Positions 8,920 through 17,127 of a stretch of DNA of 64,000 bases are shown one piece after another. The notes under the pieces are model-generated. The model had not been told where the DNA came from. It did not search any database and saw only the letters and a list, made by a program, of their open reading frames with translations. Origin of the DNA: Bacteroidota bacterium (GTDB taxonomy: Bacteria; Bacteroidota; Bacteroidia; Flavobacteriales_D; Sanyastnellaceae); the NCBI GenBank assembly GCA_036152255.1, contig JAYZNI010000001.1:802-64801 (forward strand). Reading direction: 5' to 3'. The number at the start of each line of letters is the position of its first letter. The stretch's first letter is position 1. Made by a program: the position numbers and the translations under genes.

Positions 8920-11373
8920 TTACCTAAGGCTTGCACCAGTTTTTTCGGTTATTGATTCAAGAATTTTAGCTACACATTTATCAATCTTCTTGTCAGTTAG
9001 AGTTGAGTTTGGATCCTGTAAGATCAAACTTATTGCATAACTAACCTTACCTGCTTCGAGCTTATTACCTTCGTAAACATCAAATAGATTGACTCTATTT
9101 AGAAGTTTTCTATCAGCATTAAAAGCAGCTGTCTTTATCTCTTCAAAAGTCACAGCCTTATCAATTACAAGACTGAGGTCTCTTCTAACAGACGGGAATT
9201 TAGGGAGGTCAAACGCAACAACTTTTCGCTTCTTTCTAGATTTAATAAGTGGCTTTACCAGAAGATCTGCCCAAAACACATCACCAGACATTCCACATAT
9301 TTGGACTACGTCTGGATGTACCTTACCAAATCTTCCGATACTCTTTTCTCCAAGGAGAATTTCACTCCCTTCAAGAAGAATCCCCCCATCATCAATTCTC
9401 TCGCTTACTTTATCTGCAATTCCTACTTGCGATAAAATAGCCCATACCGATTCCTTAACTGTAAACATATCACTGCCTTCACCTGTATTGTTCCAGTTTT
9501 CTGCAGTCTTATTACCACTAACAAAAAGACTTAGGTGTTCCGTTTCAGAATAGCCATCACCCTTTTTCATATACGTTCTTCCAAATTCAAAAAGCCTTAT
9601 GTCAGCAACCTTGTGGTTTCTATTTCTAGCAATGGCTTCTATTCCTTGAAAGACTAGGCTCTGCCTCATCACTCCCAAGTCACGGCTAAGAGGATTGAGT
9701 ATTTCCACGACAGCTTTAGGATTTAAGTCTCTGTCATTAACACTTTCAGCATACGATGCATTTGTAAGTGAATTTGACATTATTTCATTAAAACCCCTAG
9801 CAACTAGAGTTGAAGCCCAACCAAAAATTAAATCCTCTCGGTTAGGTCTTTGAGGGATTTCTAAAGTGCTAGAAATTCTTGTAGGTATCTCGATTTGATC
9901 GAATCCATGAATCCTTAAAATCTCTTCAATCACATCTGCAGGCCTAGTTACGTCAGATCTATAAGCAGGAACTTTTAACGATAGTTTTGTTTCAGTTTGA
10001 GATATAATCTCAATATCGAGAGAGCTCAAAATTGAAGCTACTCTATTTCTATCTAGAGAATCTCCAATAACTTTACCCATCATCTCCCAATCCATCTCAA
10101 CTTTTGCACCATCTATTTCGTCATTGCTAACAACATGAGCTGCTCCAAAAATTTCTCCACCAGCCCAGTCCATAATTAATTGGCTCACTCGTTTAGCTGC
10201 CTTCTCAACTAAATTTGGATCGACATGTCTTTCGAATCTGTAAGAAGCATCGGTAGAAAGCCCATGTCTTTTTGCTGATTTTCTAATTGATACTGGATTG
10301 AAGAATGCAGACTCTATAAGAACCTTGGTTGTGCTTTCGCTAACTCCGTGTTTTGAACTACCGAAGACTCCAGCGATACACATAGCATCATTTGCATCAG
10401 CAATGACTAAGTCTGAAGGATGGAGATTTCTCTCTTCATCATCAAGAGTTGTAATTTTTTCTCCCTTTTTTGCTATTCTAACAACAACTTCTTCTCCGCC
10501 AATTTTGTCGTAATCAAAAGCGTGTAGAGGTTGTCCTAATTCGTGAAGTACATAGTTTGTAGCATCTACAACATTGTTAATAGGTGCTACCCCAATTGCT
10601 TTTAAAAATTGTTGAATGTGGTCTGGAGAAGCCCCTATTTTCACTCCATCGATCCCCACCAATGCATATTTGGTTGCTAATTCAGTTGCATCAACTTTTG
10701 ACTTAAGAGAGTCAAACCCAATATTGAAATCGATATCTGCACTTTCAGGAACTTTAACTGATTCTAACCCTTTTTCTGAAACTTCATTAACAGTGCCGTG
10801 AATTAATCCTGCCCTTAAATCTCTTGCTACTCCGTAGTGTCCCATAGCATCATTGCGATTTGGCGTAAGACCGATTTCTAGAACTTCATCTGTGCCTACG
10901 TTAAATGCATCGCATACTAAAGAACCCACTTTTAAATTAGCATCTAATTCCATGATTTCTCCAGTATCCACGCCTAATCCCACTTCATCAGGACCACAAA
11001 GCATTCCATTGCTTACTTCGCCTCTAATTTTCCCTTTTTTAATCTTAAGACGTTCACCAATAGTTGGATAAATCCATGTACCGGGTTTTGCTACTATGAC
11101 ATTTAGTCCTTTTGCTGCATTGGGTGCTCCACAAACTATGTCTAATGTTTCGTCGCCAACATCAACCTTGCAAATTCTGAGGCGATCAGCATTTGGGTGT
11201 TGTTTGCAATCAATAATTTTTCCGACGACTAATCCTTTCAATCCTCCTGGAATGTCTTCTACAGTTTCAATGCCTTCAATTTCTAGACCAGTTGCAGTTA
11301 AAACAGCAGCTGCATCAGTAGCTGAAACACTTGTAGGTAAGAATTCTTTAATCTTTCTGTACGATACCTTCAT
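8920..11373 (-). CDS. pheT: Phenylalanine--tRNA ligase beta subunit
   Basis: 817 aa. N-terminal tRNA-binding domain (HPNADRLRICKVDVG), B3/4 and B5 regions, and a C-terminal FDX-ACB-like end (FDVYEG...SYAISLILQD). Confidence 0.95.
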   Translation of the reverse strand: MKVSYRKIKEFLPTSVSATDAAAVLTATGLEIEGIETVEDIPGGLKGLVVGKIIDCKQHPNADRLRICKVDVGDETLDIVCGAPNAAKGLNVIVAKPGTWIYPTIGERLKIKKGKIRGEVSNGMLCGPDEVGLGVDTGEIMELDANLKVGSLVCDAFNVGTDEVLEIGLTPNRNDAMGHYGVARDLRAGLIHGTVNEVSEKGLESVKVPESADIDFNIGFDSLKSKVDATELATKYALVGIDGVKIGASPDHIQQFLKAIGVAPINNVVDATNYVLHELGQPLHAFDYDKIGGEEVVVRIAKKGEKITTLDDEERNLHPSDLVIADANDAMCIAGVFGSSKHGVSESTTKVLIESAFFNPVSIRKSAKRHGLSTDASYRFERHVDPNLVEKAAKRVSQLIMDWAGGEIFGAAHVVSNDEIDGAKVEMDWEMMGKVIGDSLDRNRVASILSSLDIEIISQTETKLSLKVPAYRSDVTRPADVIEEILRIHGFDQIEIPTRISSTLEIPQRPNREDLIFGWASTLVARGFNEIMSNSLTNASYAESVNDRDLNPKAVVEILNPLSRDLGVMRQSLVFQGIEAIARNRNHKVADIRLFEFGRTYMKKGDGYSETEHLSLFVSGNKTAENWNNTGEGSDMFTVKESVWAILSQVGIADKVSERIDDGGILLEGSEILLGEKSIGRFGKVHPDVVQICGMSGDVFWADLLVKPLIKSRKKRKVVAFDLPKFPSVRRDLSLVIDKAVTFEEIKTAAFNADRKLLNRVNLFDVYEGNKLEAGKVSYAISLILQDPNSTLTDKKIDKCVAKILESITEKTGASLR

Positions 11374-11392
11374 GGTAAAACTTAAAGTTGGT

Positions 11393-11400
11393 CAAAGTTA
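11393..11400 (-). promoter_or_regulatory. Candidate -7 box (TAACTTTG) for pheT
   Basis: The minus strand reads TAACTTTG, with 19 nt between the motif and the pheT ATG (11373). It forms one half of a perfect palindrome with the box at 11402-11409. Confidence 0.4.
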
Positions 11401-11401
11401 C

Positions 11402-11409
11402 TAACTTTG
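11402..11409 (+). promoter_or_regulatory. Candidate -7 box (TAACTTTG) for tRNA-Pro
   Basis: The plus strand reads TAACTTTG, ending 11 nt before the mature 5' end of tRNA-Pro (11421). Confidence 0.4.
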
Positions 11410-11420
11410 CGCCCCCGATT

Positions 11421-11493
11421 CGGGATGTAGCTCAGTTGGTAGAGTACGCGTCTGGGGGACGTGTGGTCGCTGGTTCAAGTCCAGTCATCCCGA
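11421..11493 (+). tRNA. tRNA-Pro (anticodon GGG)
   Basis: Hand-folded cloverleaf: acceptor CGGGATG/CATCCCG, D arm GCTC-AGTTGGTA-GAGT, anticodon arm CGCGT-CTGGGGG-ACGTG (anticodon GGG, G37), variable TGGTC, T arm GCTGG-TTCAAGT-CCAGT, discriminator A. 73 nt. CCA is not encoded (followed by CAA). Confidence 0.9.
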
Positions 11494-11502
11494 CAATTAA
11501 AG

Positions 11503-11532
11503 GAGGAGTCAGCGCTCCTCTTTTTTTTTTTT
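11503..11532 (+). terminator. Rho-independent terminator after tRNA-Pro
   Basis: GAGGAG-TCAGCG-CTCCTC hairpin followed by a 12-nt T run. Confidence 0.8.
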
Positions 11533-11559
11533 AATTTTACACCAGTTATTTTTTCGCAA

Positions 11560-11895
11560 ATGAATTTACGAGCATCATTCATAAAAACTGATACATGCAA
11601 CAGGTTTGCTCTTATACTATGCCTTAGTTTAATTGCAGTGAGTTTTTTGAATAAGAACGTGCTTTCGGATTATTGCACTGAAACTGCAGTTAATTTTGTT
11701 GAATTAATGGAAAACGGAGGAGAGGAGCAAGAATCTGAAAGAGAAGAGGTCAAGGAAGAAATTGATGATTATACAAGCACATTAATTTACGCTGTCTTAA
11801 GATCAAATGTTGTAATAGAATTCGCACTTGACATGGATACTATTTGGAATAATAGATATAATGAAGTGCTAACACCTCCACCTGATAAACTATAA
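11560..11895 (+). CDS. Hypothetical small protein (111 aa) with an N-terminal hydrophobic segment and an acidic middle
   Basis: The ORF-track entry 11461..11895 overlaps the tRNA and its terminator. The first plausible ATG after the terminator is 11560 (MNLRASFIKTDTCNRFALILCLSLIAVSFL...EEQESEREEVKEEIDD). No motif was recognised. Confidence 0.35.
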   Translation: MNLRASFIKTDTCNRFALILCLSLIAVSFLNKNVLSDYCTETAVNFVELMENGGEEQESEREEVKEEIDDYTSTLIYAVLRSNVVIEFALDMDTIWNNRYNEVLTPPPDKL

Positions 11896-11982
11896 TTATG
11901 AGTTTTTCCTGGGGGGTCTCAATCATAAATTTTTCCCCATTTTTTTAATTGCTTGTATGTGCAAGCAAATCAAAATAAAAAT

Positions 11983-13563
11983 ATGAAATCAAATAATAAA
12001 TTTGGATTATTAAGTAATCTAAAAAATGATATTCCTGCAAGTATTGTAGTATTTCTAGTTGCAGTACCTCTTTGTTTAGGTATTGCACTAGGTTCTTTTG
12101 GCTCGATAGAAGATACGGAACTTGCCAATGCGATGCTCAAAAATAATTTTATGGCCGGGATTATAGCCGGAATTATTGGAGGAATAGTAGTAGCTGCGAT
12201 TAGCGGTTCTCCATTGGGTGTAAGTGGTCCTGCAGCTGGTTTAATGACAATCGTAGCAGCTCAAATTTACACTCTAAAAACATACGAGGTTTTCCTTTTG
12301 GCTGTTGTGCTAGCGGGATTAATACAAATTCTTCTTGGCTTTTTAAAAGCAGGTAAAATAGGGATGTATTTTCCTTCTTCTGTAATTAGAGGAATGTTAG
12401 CTGGAATTGGGATAGTAATAATTAAAAAACAAATACCATATGCATTAGGCTCTTATGATAAATCTTTCTCTGGTTGGTTTGAGAATATTAGTTGGCCTGT
12501 AATAACAATTACACTTGTGTCTTTAATTATTTTACTAATCTGGGAAACCCCATTTATGAAAAGGATAAAATTGTTTACTATTATCCAAGGTCCACTAGTT
12601 GCTGTATTATCTTCAATAGGTTTAGGTCGTTATTTTTATGATGAATTACAACCAAAATTTAAAGAAGTTGAGCAGGTTTCGGATACAATAGTATCAACGG
12701 TTCAAACAATAGATTTGGATACACTCAAATTAGTGAATGTAAAAGTTCTTGATTCTTTAGGCGATATTGGTAGCCTATTCACATTTCCCGACTTTTCATT
12801 AGTAAACTTTTCAAATTCTGACGTTTACATTGCTGCAATCACAATTGCTATTGTTGCAAGTCTTGAAACACTTTTATGTGTTGAGGCTACAGATAAAATC
12901 GATCCTTACAAAAGGATAACTCCAACAAATAGAGAATTAATTGCACAAGGTGCAGGAAATATGTTTTCAGGATTTATAGGAGGCCTACCGATAACACAGG
13001 TTATAGTTAGAAGTTCAGCAAATATTCAATCCGGTGGTAAAACCAAAATGTCAGCCATTCTTCATGGTATCCTATTATTTATATGTGTTGTTTTTATCCC
13101 TAACTTTTTAAATATGATACCACTTGGCTGCCTTGCTGCAATTCTCTTTGTGGTTGGATATAAGTTAGCTAAGCCAGCTTTATTTATTGAAATGTACAGC
13201 AAAGGAATGAAAAACTTTGCTCCATATATTCTAACAATATTTGTGATAGTTCAATTTGACTTGTTATTGGGGATTGGAGCTGGTTTAGTTTTATCTCTGT
13301 TGTTATTGTTACTGAGCATAATGACGAACTCGTATACAAAGTCAGAGGAAAATGGAACTATAAAAATTATTCTATCCGAAAATCTCACTTTCTTAAATAG
13401 AGCAAACATTAAAGAAGCATTGGATGAAATATCTGATGATGATGATGTTATCATAGATTGTAGTAAAACGAAAACCATGCACATAGATGTTCGTGACATC
13501 ATAAATGATTTTCAAAACAATTCATCAGAAAGATCAGGATCTGTAAAAGTTCATGGACTTTGA
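11983..13563 (+). CDS. SulP-family inorganic anion transporter with C-terminal STAS domain
   Basis: Multi-TM core with SulP-like motifs (VAVPLCLGIALGS, GPAAGLM, ELIAQGAGNMFSGFIGGLP). The C-terminal soluble ~90 aa has a STAS-like pattern (IKIILSENLTFLNRANIKEALDEI...VIIDCS). ATG at 11983 is preferred over the TTG at 11953. Confidence 0.85.
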   Translation: MKSNNKFGLLSNLKNDIPASIVVFLVAVPLCLGIALGSFGSIEDTELANAMLKNNFMAGIIAGIIGGIVVAAISGSPLGVSGPAAGLMTIVAAQIYTLKTYEVFLLAVVLAGLIQILLGFLKAGKIGMYFPSSVIRGMLAGIGIVIIKKQIPYALGSYDKSFSGWFENISWPVITITLVSLIILLIWETPFMKRIKLFTIIQGPLVAVLSSIGLGRYFYDELQPKFKEVEQVSDTIVSTVQTIDLDTLKLVNVKVLDSLGDIGSLFTFPDFSLVNFSNSDVYIAAITIAIVASLETLLCVEATDKIDPYKRITPTNRELIAQGAGNMFSGFIGGLPITQVIVRSSANIQSGGKTKMSAILHGILLFICVVFIPNFLNMIPLGCLAAILFVVGYKLAKPALFIEMYSKGMKNFAPYILTIFVIVQFDLLLGIGAGLVLSLLLLLLSIMTNSYTKSEENGTIKIILSENLTFLNRANIKEALDEISDDDDVIIDCSKTKTMHIDVRDIINDFQNNSSERSGSVKVHGL

Positions 13564-13900
13564 ATTCGAAAGAGATTGGAATAAGCTTATGAAGCTGCTT
13601 ATGGATAGGTTTGGCGAACAGCCAGACCTTACCTCAGCTATCTTTTCGGTTGGCCTTCAAGAAGCTGGCTTTGGTTCAAGGTCGTTTAAAAAGGACGATA
13701 AGGTAAACTTGATGCATGTGGGTGTATGCACTCTTTTAGAACCTCTAGGATATTATAAGAGCGTTGGTCATGATGATGATGGTTGGCCTCATTTTGAAAG
13801 AGTATCAGAATTACCTAACCTTAAACCTGAAGAGCAGGAATTAATGATGAGAAGACAATTGATAGATTATTTCTCTTCTTGGATTAAAAACGAGGGATAA
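13553..13900 (+). CDS. Hypothetical cytoplasmic protein (115 aa), possibly translationally coupled to the SulP gene
   Basis: The ATG overlaps the SulP 3' end by 11 nt. No signal peptide and no recognised motif. Followed by a strong terminator. Confidence 0.55.
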   Translation: MDFEFERDWNKLMKLLMDRFGEQPDLTSAIFSVGLQEAGFGSRSFKKDDKVNLMHVGVCTLLEPLGYYKSVGHDDDGWPHFERVSELPNLKPEEQELMMRRQLIDYFSSWIKNEG

Positions 13901-13905
13901 AAAAA

Positions 13906-13931
13906 CCCGGCCTTGCGGTCGGGCTTTTTTT
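13906..13931. terminator. Bidirectional intrinsic terminator between convergent genes
   Basis: CCCGGCC-TTGC-GGTCGGG hairpin flanked by AAAAA upstream and CTTTTTTT downstream. Confidence 0.8.
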
Positions 13932-13944
13932 ATCTAATATGTAT

Positions 13945-14358
13945 TTACTCTACAATTACTGTCTCAGAAGTAGTCTCCATTTCCTCAATCTTAATTAAAC
14001 CAGTTCCACAAAGAGTGTTTTGGTCTAAAGGATTGTTACAATCTCCGTCTCCTTTGATTACTTCTATATCTAAAACTGCAAATCCAGCTTGGCCTCCTAC
14101 GTATAGCTCTGAAAAATTGAAGCTAACGAAACCTTCATCAGAAGTTACTTGAGTAGTATCAAAACGAGGCTCGCCAACAAAATCTTGATCTAGAGAACCA
14201 AGTGCGTATAACCTTACATCTGCTGCATCCACAGGGACTTCTTCACCAACATTATTGATTCTAACAACTGTTACATTTGCTATTGTTTCTTCAATTTCGA
14301 AACAGCCAGATGCAAAAAATGCAATTATTGCAAGAGTGAGTAAAGGAAAAAAGCGGTT
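13945..14358 (-). CDS. Hypothetical lipoprotein (137 aa)
   Basis: MNRFFPLLTLAIIAFFASGC gives a lipobox signal. Start moved to this Met (14358) from the ORF-track 14406. Confidence 0.6.
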   Translation of the reverse strand, partial: NRFFPLLTLAIIAFFASGCFEIEETIANVTVVRINNVGEEVPVDAADVRLYALGSLDQDFVGEPRFDTTQVTSDEGFVSFNFSELYVGGQAGFAVLDIEVIKGDGDCNNPLDQNTLCGTGLIKIEEMETTSETVIVE

Positions 14359-14375
14359 CATTACAGGTAGGGTTA

Positions 14376-14383
14376 TAACTTTG
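14376..14383 (+). promoter_or_regulatory. Candidate -7 box (TAACTTTG) for the PPIase-pheS pair
   Basis: Exact TAnnTTTG match 28 nt upstream of the ATG at 14412. Confidence 0.35.
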
Positions 14384-14411
14384 GAGTTCTTAATTCTGAG
14401 AGTCAAATATC

Positions 14412-15110
14412 ATGAAAAAATCTTTCACACGTAACATTTTCCTTCAAATCAGTGCATTTTTTTGCTGTTTTTTCTTCATTTCATCAACTGCTTGTAATGA
14501 GACAGGTCCCGCTAGAGTGGCTATTCACACTGACTTTGGAGACATGGTGATAGAGCTCTCAGACTCAACGCCAGGCCACAGAGATAATTTTTTAAAACTC
14601 GCAGCTGAAGGATTTTACACTGACCTACTATTTCACAGAGTAATTAATGGATTTATGATTCAAGGTGGAGATCCTGAAAGTAAAAATGCAGAACCTGGAA
14701 CTAGACTAGGGTCGGGAGGTCCTGGGTATAAAATTGATGCTGAAATTAGAGCAGACCATCTTCATTTTAAAGGAGCTCTCGCTGCTGCACGTCAAGGCGA
14801 CATTGCAAATCCTACTAGAATGTCTTCAGGCAGTCAATTCTACATAGTTCACGGTAAGACTTGGGATGAGGGAACACTTGATAGAATTGAGGAAGGAAAC
14901 CAAATGCAAATTGGAGGGTTTGAGTATTCAGATTCAGCTAGAGCAGTATATATGAATCAAGGTGGAACTCCATTTTTAGACATGAACTATACAGTTTTCG
15001 GTCAAATAGTTGATGGCCTTGATATTATTGATTCAATTGCTTCAGTTAAAACACTTCCAGGTGATAGACCAGAGGAGGATGTGAAATTCAGTGTTTCTAT
15101 AATTAACTAA
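14412..15110 (+). CDS. Cyclophilin-type peptidyl-prolyl cis-trans isomerase, exported (lipoprotein-like signal)
   Basis: Cyclophilin motifs FHRVINGFMIQGGDP, SSGSQFYIV, YTVFGQIVDGLDIID. N-terminal hydrophobic signal ending in STAC. Confidence 0.9.
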   Translation: MKKSFTRNIFLQISAFFCCFFFISSTACNETGPARVAIHTDFGDMVIELSDSTPGHRDNFLKLAAEGFYTDLLFHRVINGFMIQGGDPESKNAEPGTRLGSGGPGYKIDAEIRADHLHFKGALAAARQGDIANPTRMSSGSQFYIVHGKTWDEGTLDRIEEGNQMQIGGFEYSDSARAVYMNQGGTPFLDMNYTVFGQIVDGLDIIDSIASVKTLPGDRPEEDVKFSVSIIN

Positions 15111-15111
15111 T

Positions 15112-16134
15112 ATGAAAGCAGAGTTAGAGGCATTATTGATTGATATTGAACAAAGGAGTTTTGACTCTGCAGATGCTGTAGAGGCTTTCAGAATTGAGTA
15201 CCTGGGAAGACAGGGAAAGATGAAGGACCTAATGGCACAGTTTAGACAAGTTTCTCCTGAGCACAAACGTGAACTAGGTCCACTACTTAATAAGGTTAAG
15301 TCAGCTATTGAAGATAAAGTAGTTTCAGAAAAAGCTTCCTTCAATAATAAAGCTGCAGCTGTTTCAAGTGGAATTGATTCTACAAGACCTGCTGGCGGTT
15401 TCCCACACGGAACTCACCACCCACTTCAAGTAGTTAGAAGAGAGATTTTGGATATCTTCTCGAACATGGGATTTGGGGTTGTTGAAGGACCTGAGATAGA
15501 GGATGATTGGCACGTATTTAGTGGATTGAACTTCCCCCCTGAACACCCAGCAAGGGACATGCAGGACACATTCTTTGTCGAAAGAGATCCAGACTTACTT
15601 CTAAGAACTCATACTAGCTCTGTGCAAGTGAGGGAGATGGAACGCCGTCAGCCACCCATGAGAATTATCATGCCAGGTAGAGTATTTAGGAATGAAGCTA
15701 TTTCAGCAAGAGCACATTGCATGTTCCATCAGATTGAAGGCTTGTACATTGATGAAAATGTAAGTTTTGCTGATCTTAAGCAGACTCTTTTGCACTTTGC
15801 TCAAAGGTTTTTTGGCCCAGAGACAAAAATTAGATTGCGCCCTTCATACTTCCCATTTACTGAGCCAAGCGCTGAGGTAGATGTTTATTGGGGACTGGAG
15901 ACCGAGGTCGATAAGAGGATAACTAAGGGAACTGGTTGGCTTGAAATTCTTGGTTGTGGCATGGTCGATCCAAACGTTTTAGAAGCTAGCGGGATTGATT
16001 CAAAGAATTACAGTGGCTTTGCATTTGGTATGGGCATTGAGAGGATTACAATGCTTAGATACCAAATTGGGGACCTTAGGCTGTTCTTTGAAAACGACAA
16101 GCGTTTCCTAGATCAATTCGCAGGAGAGAGGTAA
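15112..16134 (+). CDS. pheS: Phenylalanine--tRNA ligase alpha subunit
   Basis: Class II motifs: HPARDMQDTFF, RTHTSSVQVR, FPFTEPSAEVDV, GFAFGMGIERITMLRY. Starts 1 nt after the PPIase stop. Confidence 0.95.
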   Translation: MKAELEALLIDIEQRSFDSADAVEAFRIEYLGRQGKMKDLMAQFRQVSPEHKRELGPLLNKVKSAIEDKVVSEKASFNNKAAAVSSGIDSTRPAGGFPHGTHHPLQVVRREILDIFSNMGFGVVEGPEIEDDWHVFSGLNFPPEHPARDMQDTFFVERDPDLLLRTHTSSVQVREMERRQPPMRIIMPGRVFRNEAISARAHCMFHQIEGLYIDENVSFADLKQTLLHFAQRFFGPETKIRLRPSYFPFTEPSAEVDVYWGLETEVDKRITKGTGWLEILGCGMVDPNVLEASGIDSKNYSGFAFGMGIERITMLRYQIGDLRLFFENDKRFLDQFAGER

Positions 16135-17127
16135 TTACTGCTCGTTATAGACAACGGACAAGACTGTTGTTCCAACTTCTTCTAAGACTTTTCTGTCTAT
16201 TATGTCCATGTTGTCAGCGTGGGTGTGATGGAAGAATCCATATCCCATGGGTCTAACATTCATCCTGTAGTCTACGATGTTTGCAGATGGGATGCCTGCG
16301 AATTCGCTAACAAATAAGTTGTCGTCTATTGTTTCAGGTGTCTCCTTATTGAGAAATCTGTGTTCGTATCCTAATTCTTGTGCCCTAGCCCAAACCTTCC
16401 TCACAACGTTTGGCGCATACTTCATTGATGTCCCTTCCTTGTTAAACTCAGCATCTTTAGCTCCTACCATGTCAAGTAGTATCCCAAACCTAGCTCTGTA
16501 TCCATAGCGATGTGGTTCTTTTGACCAGTATTGTGAACCTAAACACCATTGTAAGAAATCTGTTTGAACAGATTGGACACCGTTTGGCTTTCCATAATCT
16601 TCACCGTCAAAAAAGATGATATCTACACCGATTTCAGCAGGGGTTATGCTCAACTGCCTTGCGATTTCTAAGAGTATTCCTACTCCAGATCCACCGTCGT
16701 TAGCACCGTCAATAGGCACATCCGTTCTAGTGCTATCCTTATCTGCAAAAGGCCTAGTGTCCCAGTGAGCGAAAAGTAGTATACGCGACCTGGCTTTTGG
16801 GTTGAACTGGCCTACGATGTTTGAAAGCTCTAGGAGTTTTCCATCGAAAGCTCTTGCTCTAGCTCTTTGAACTATTACCTCTGCACCATGTCTTTCTAAT
16901 TCTGAAGCGAGCCAATTACCGCAAGCATCATGCTCTGTAGTGTTGGGAACTCTGGGACCAAAATCTACTTGCTTCTTAATGAAAACATATGCAGAATCAG
17001 CTGAGAAATTTGGAACAATAATAGGTTCAACTACGCTTTCAATTTCAACGACAGGTGCGGAGTGTTCACCACAATTGAAGGTTAGTGTGATAACGCATAT
17101 TAAAAGAAAGAACTGAATCTTACTCAT
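16135..17127 (-). CDS. M28-fold glutaminyl-peptide cyclotransferase (type II, animal-like QC), lipoprotein
   Basis: Lipobox LTFNC. M28/QC motifs FSADSAYVFIKKQVDFGPRVPNT, LLFAHWDTRP, DGANDGGSGVGILLEIAR, IIFFDGEDYG, WCLGSQYW, GILLDMVGA. From memory this resembles the Porphyromonas gingivalis QC closely. Confidence 0.75.
   Translation of the reverse strand: MSKIQFFLLICVITLTFNCGEHSAPVVEIESVVEPIIVPNFSADSAYVFIKKQVDFGPRVPNTTEHDACGNWLASELERHGAEVIVQRARARAFDGKLLELSNIVGQFNPKARSRILLFAHWDTRPFADKDSTRTDVPIDGANDGGSGVGILLEIARQLSITPAEIGVDIIFFDGEDYGKPNGVQSVQTDFLQWCLGSQYWSKEPHRYGYRARFGILLDMVGAKDAEFNKEGTSMKYAPNVVRKVWARAQELGYEHRFLNKETPETIDDNLFVSEFAGIPSANIVDYRMNVRPMGYGFFHHTHADNMDIIDRKVLEEVGTTVLSVVYNEQ

Noticed and set aside
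9089-9553. 154-aa plus-strand ORF, and several others at 9249-11404, inside pheT
   Set aside because: It is fully antisense to a confidently identified 817-aa pheT. The composition is Ser/Leu/Pro/Thr-rich low complexity, typical of the reverse frame of a real gene. No motifs.
11461-11559. N-terminal part of the 144-aa ORF-track entry 11461..11895
   Set aside because: This stretch overlaps the 3' half of tRNA-Pro and its terminator T-run (which produces the LLFFFFNF translation). Only the part from the ATG at 11560 is kept, and even that is low confidence.
11421-14406. tRNA-Pro followed by hypothetical genes: a possible tRNA-targeted genomic islet?
   Set aside because: There is no integrase, recombinase or transposase. 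I saw no direct repeat of the tRNA 3' end by eye. The cargo is a SulP transporter plus small hypotheticals. The neighbouring pheS/PPIase genes continue the core context.
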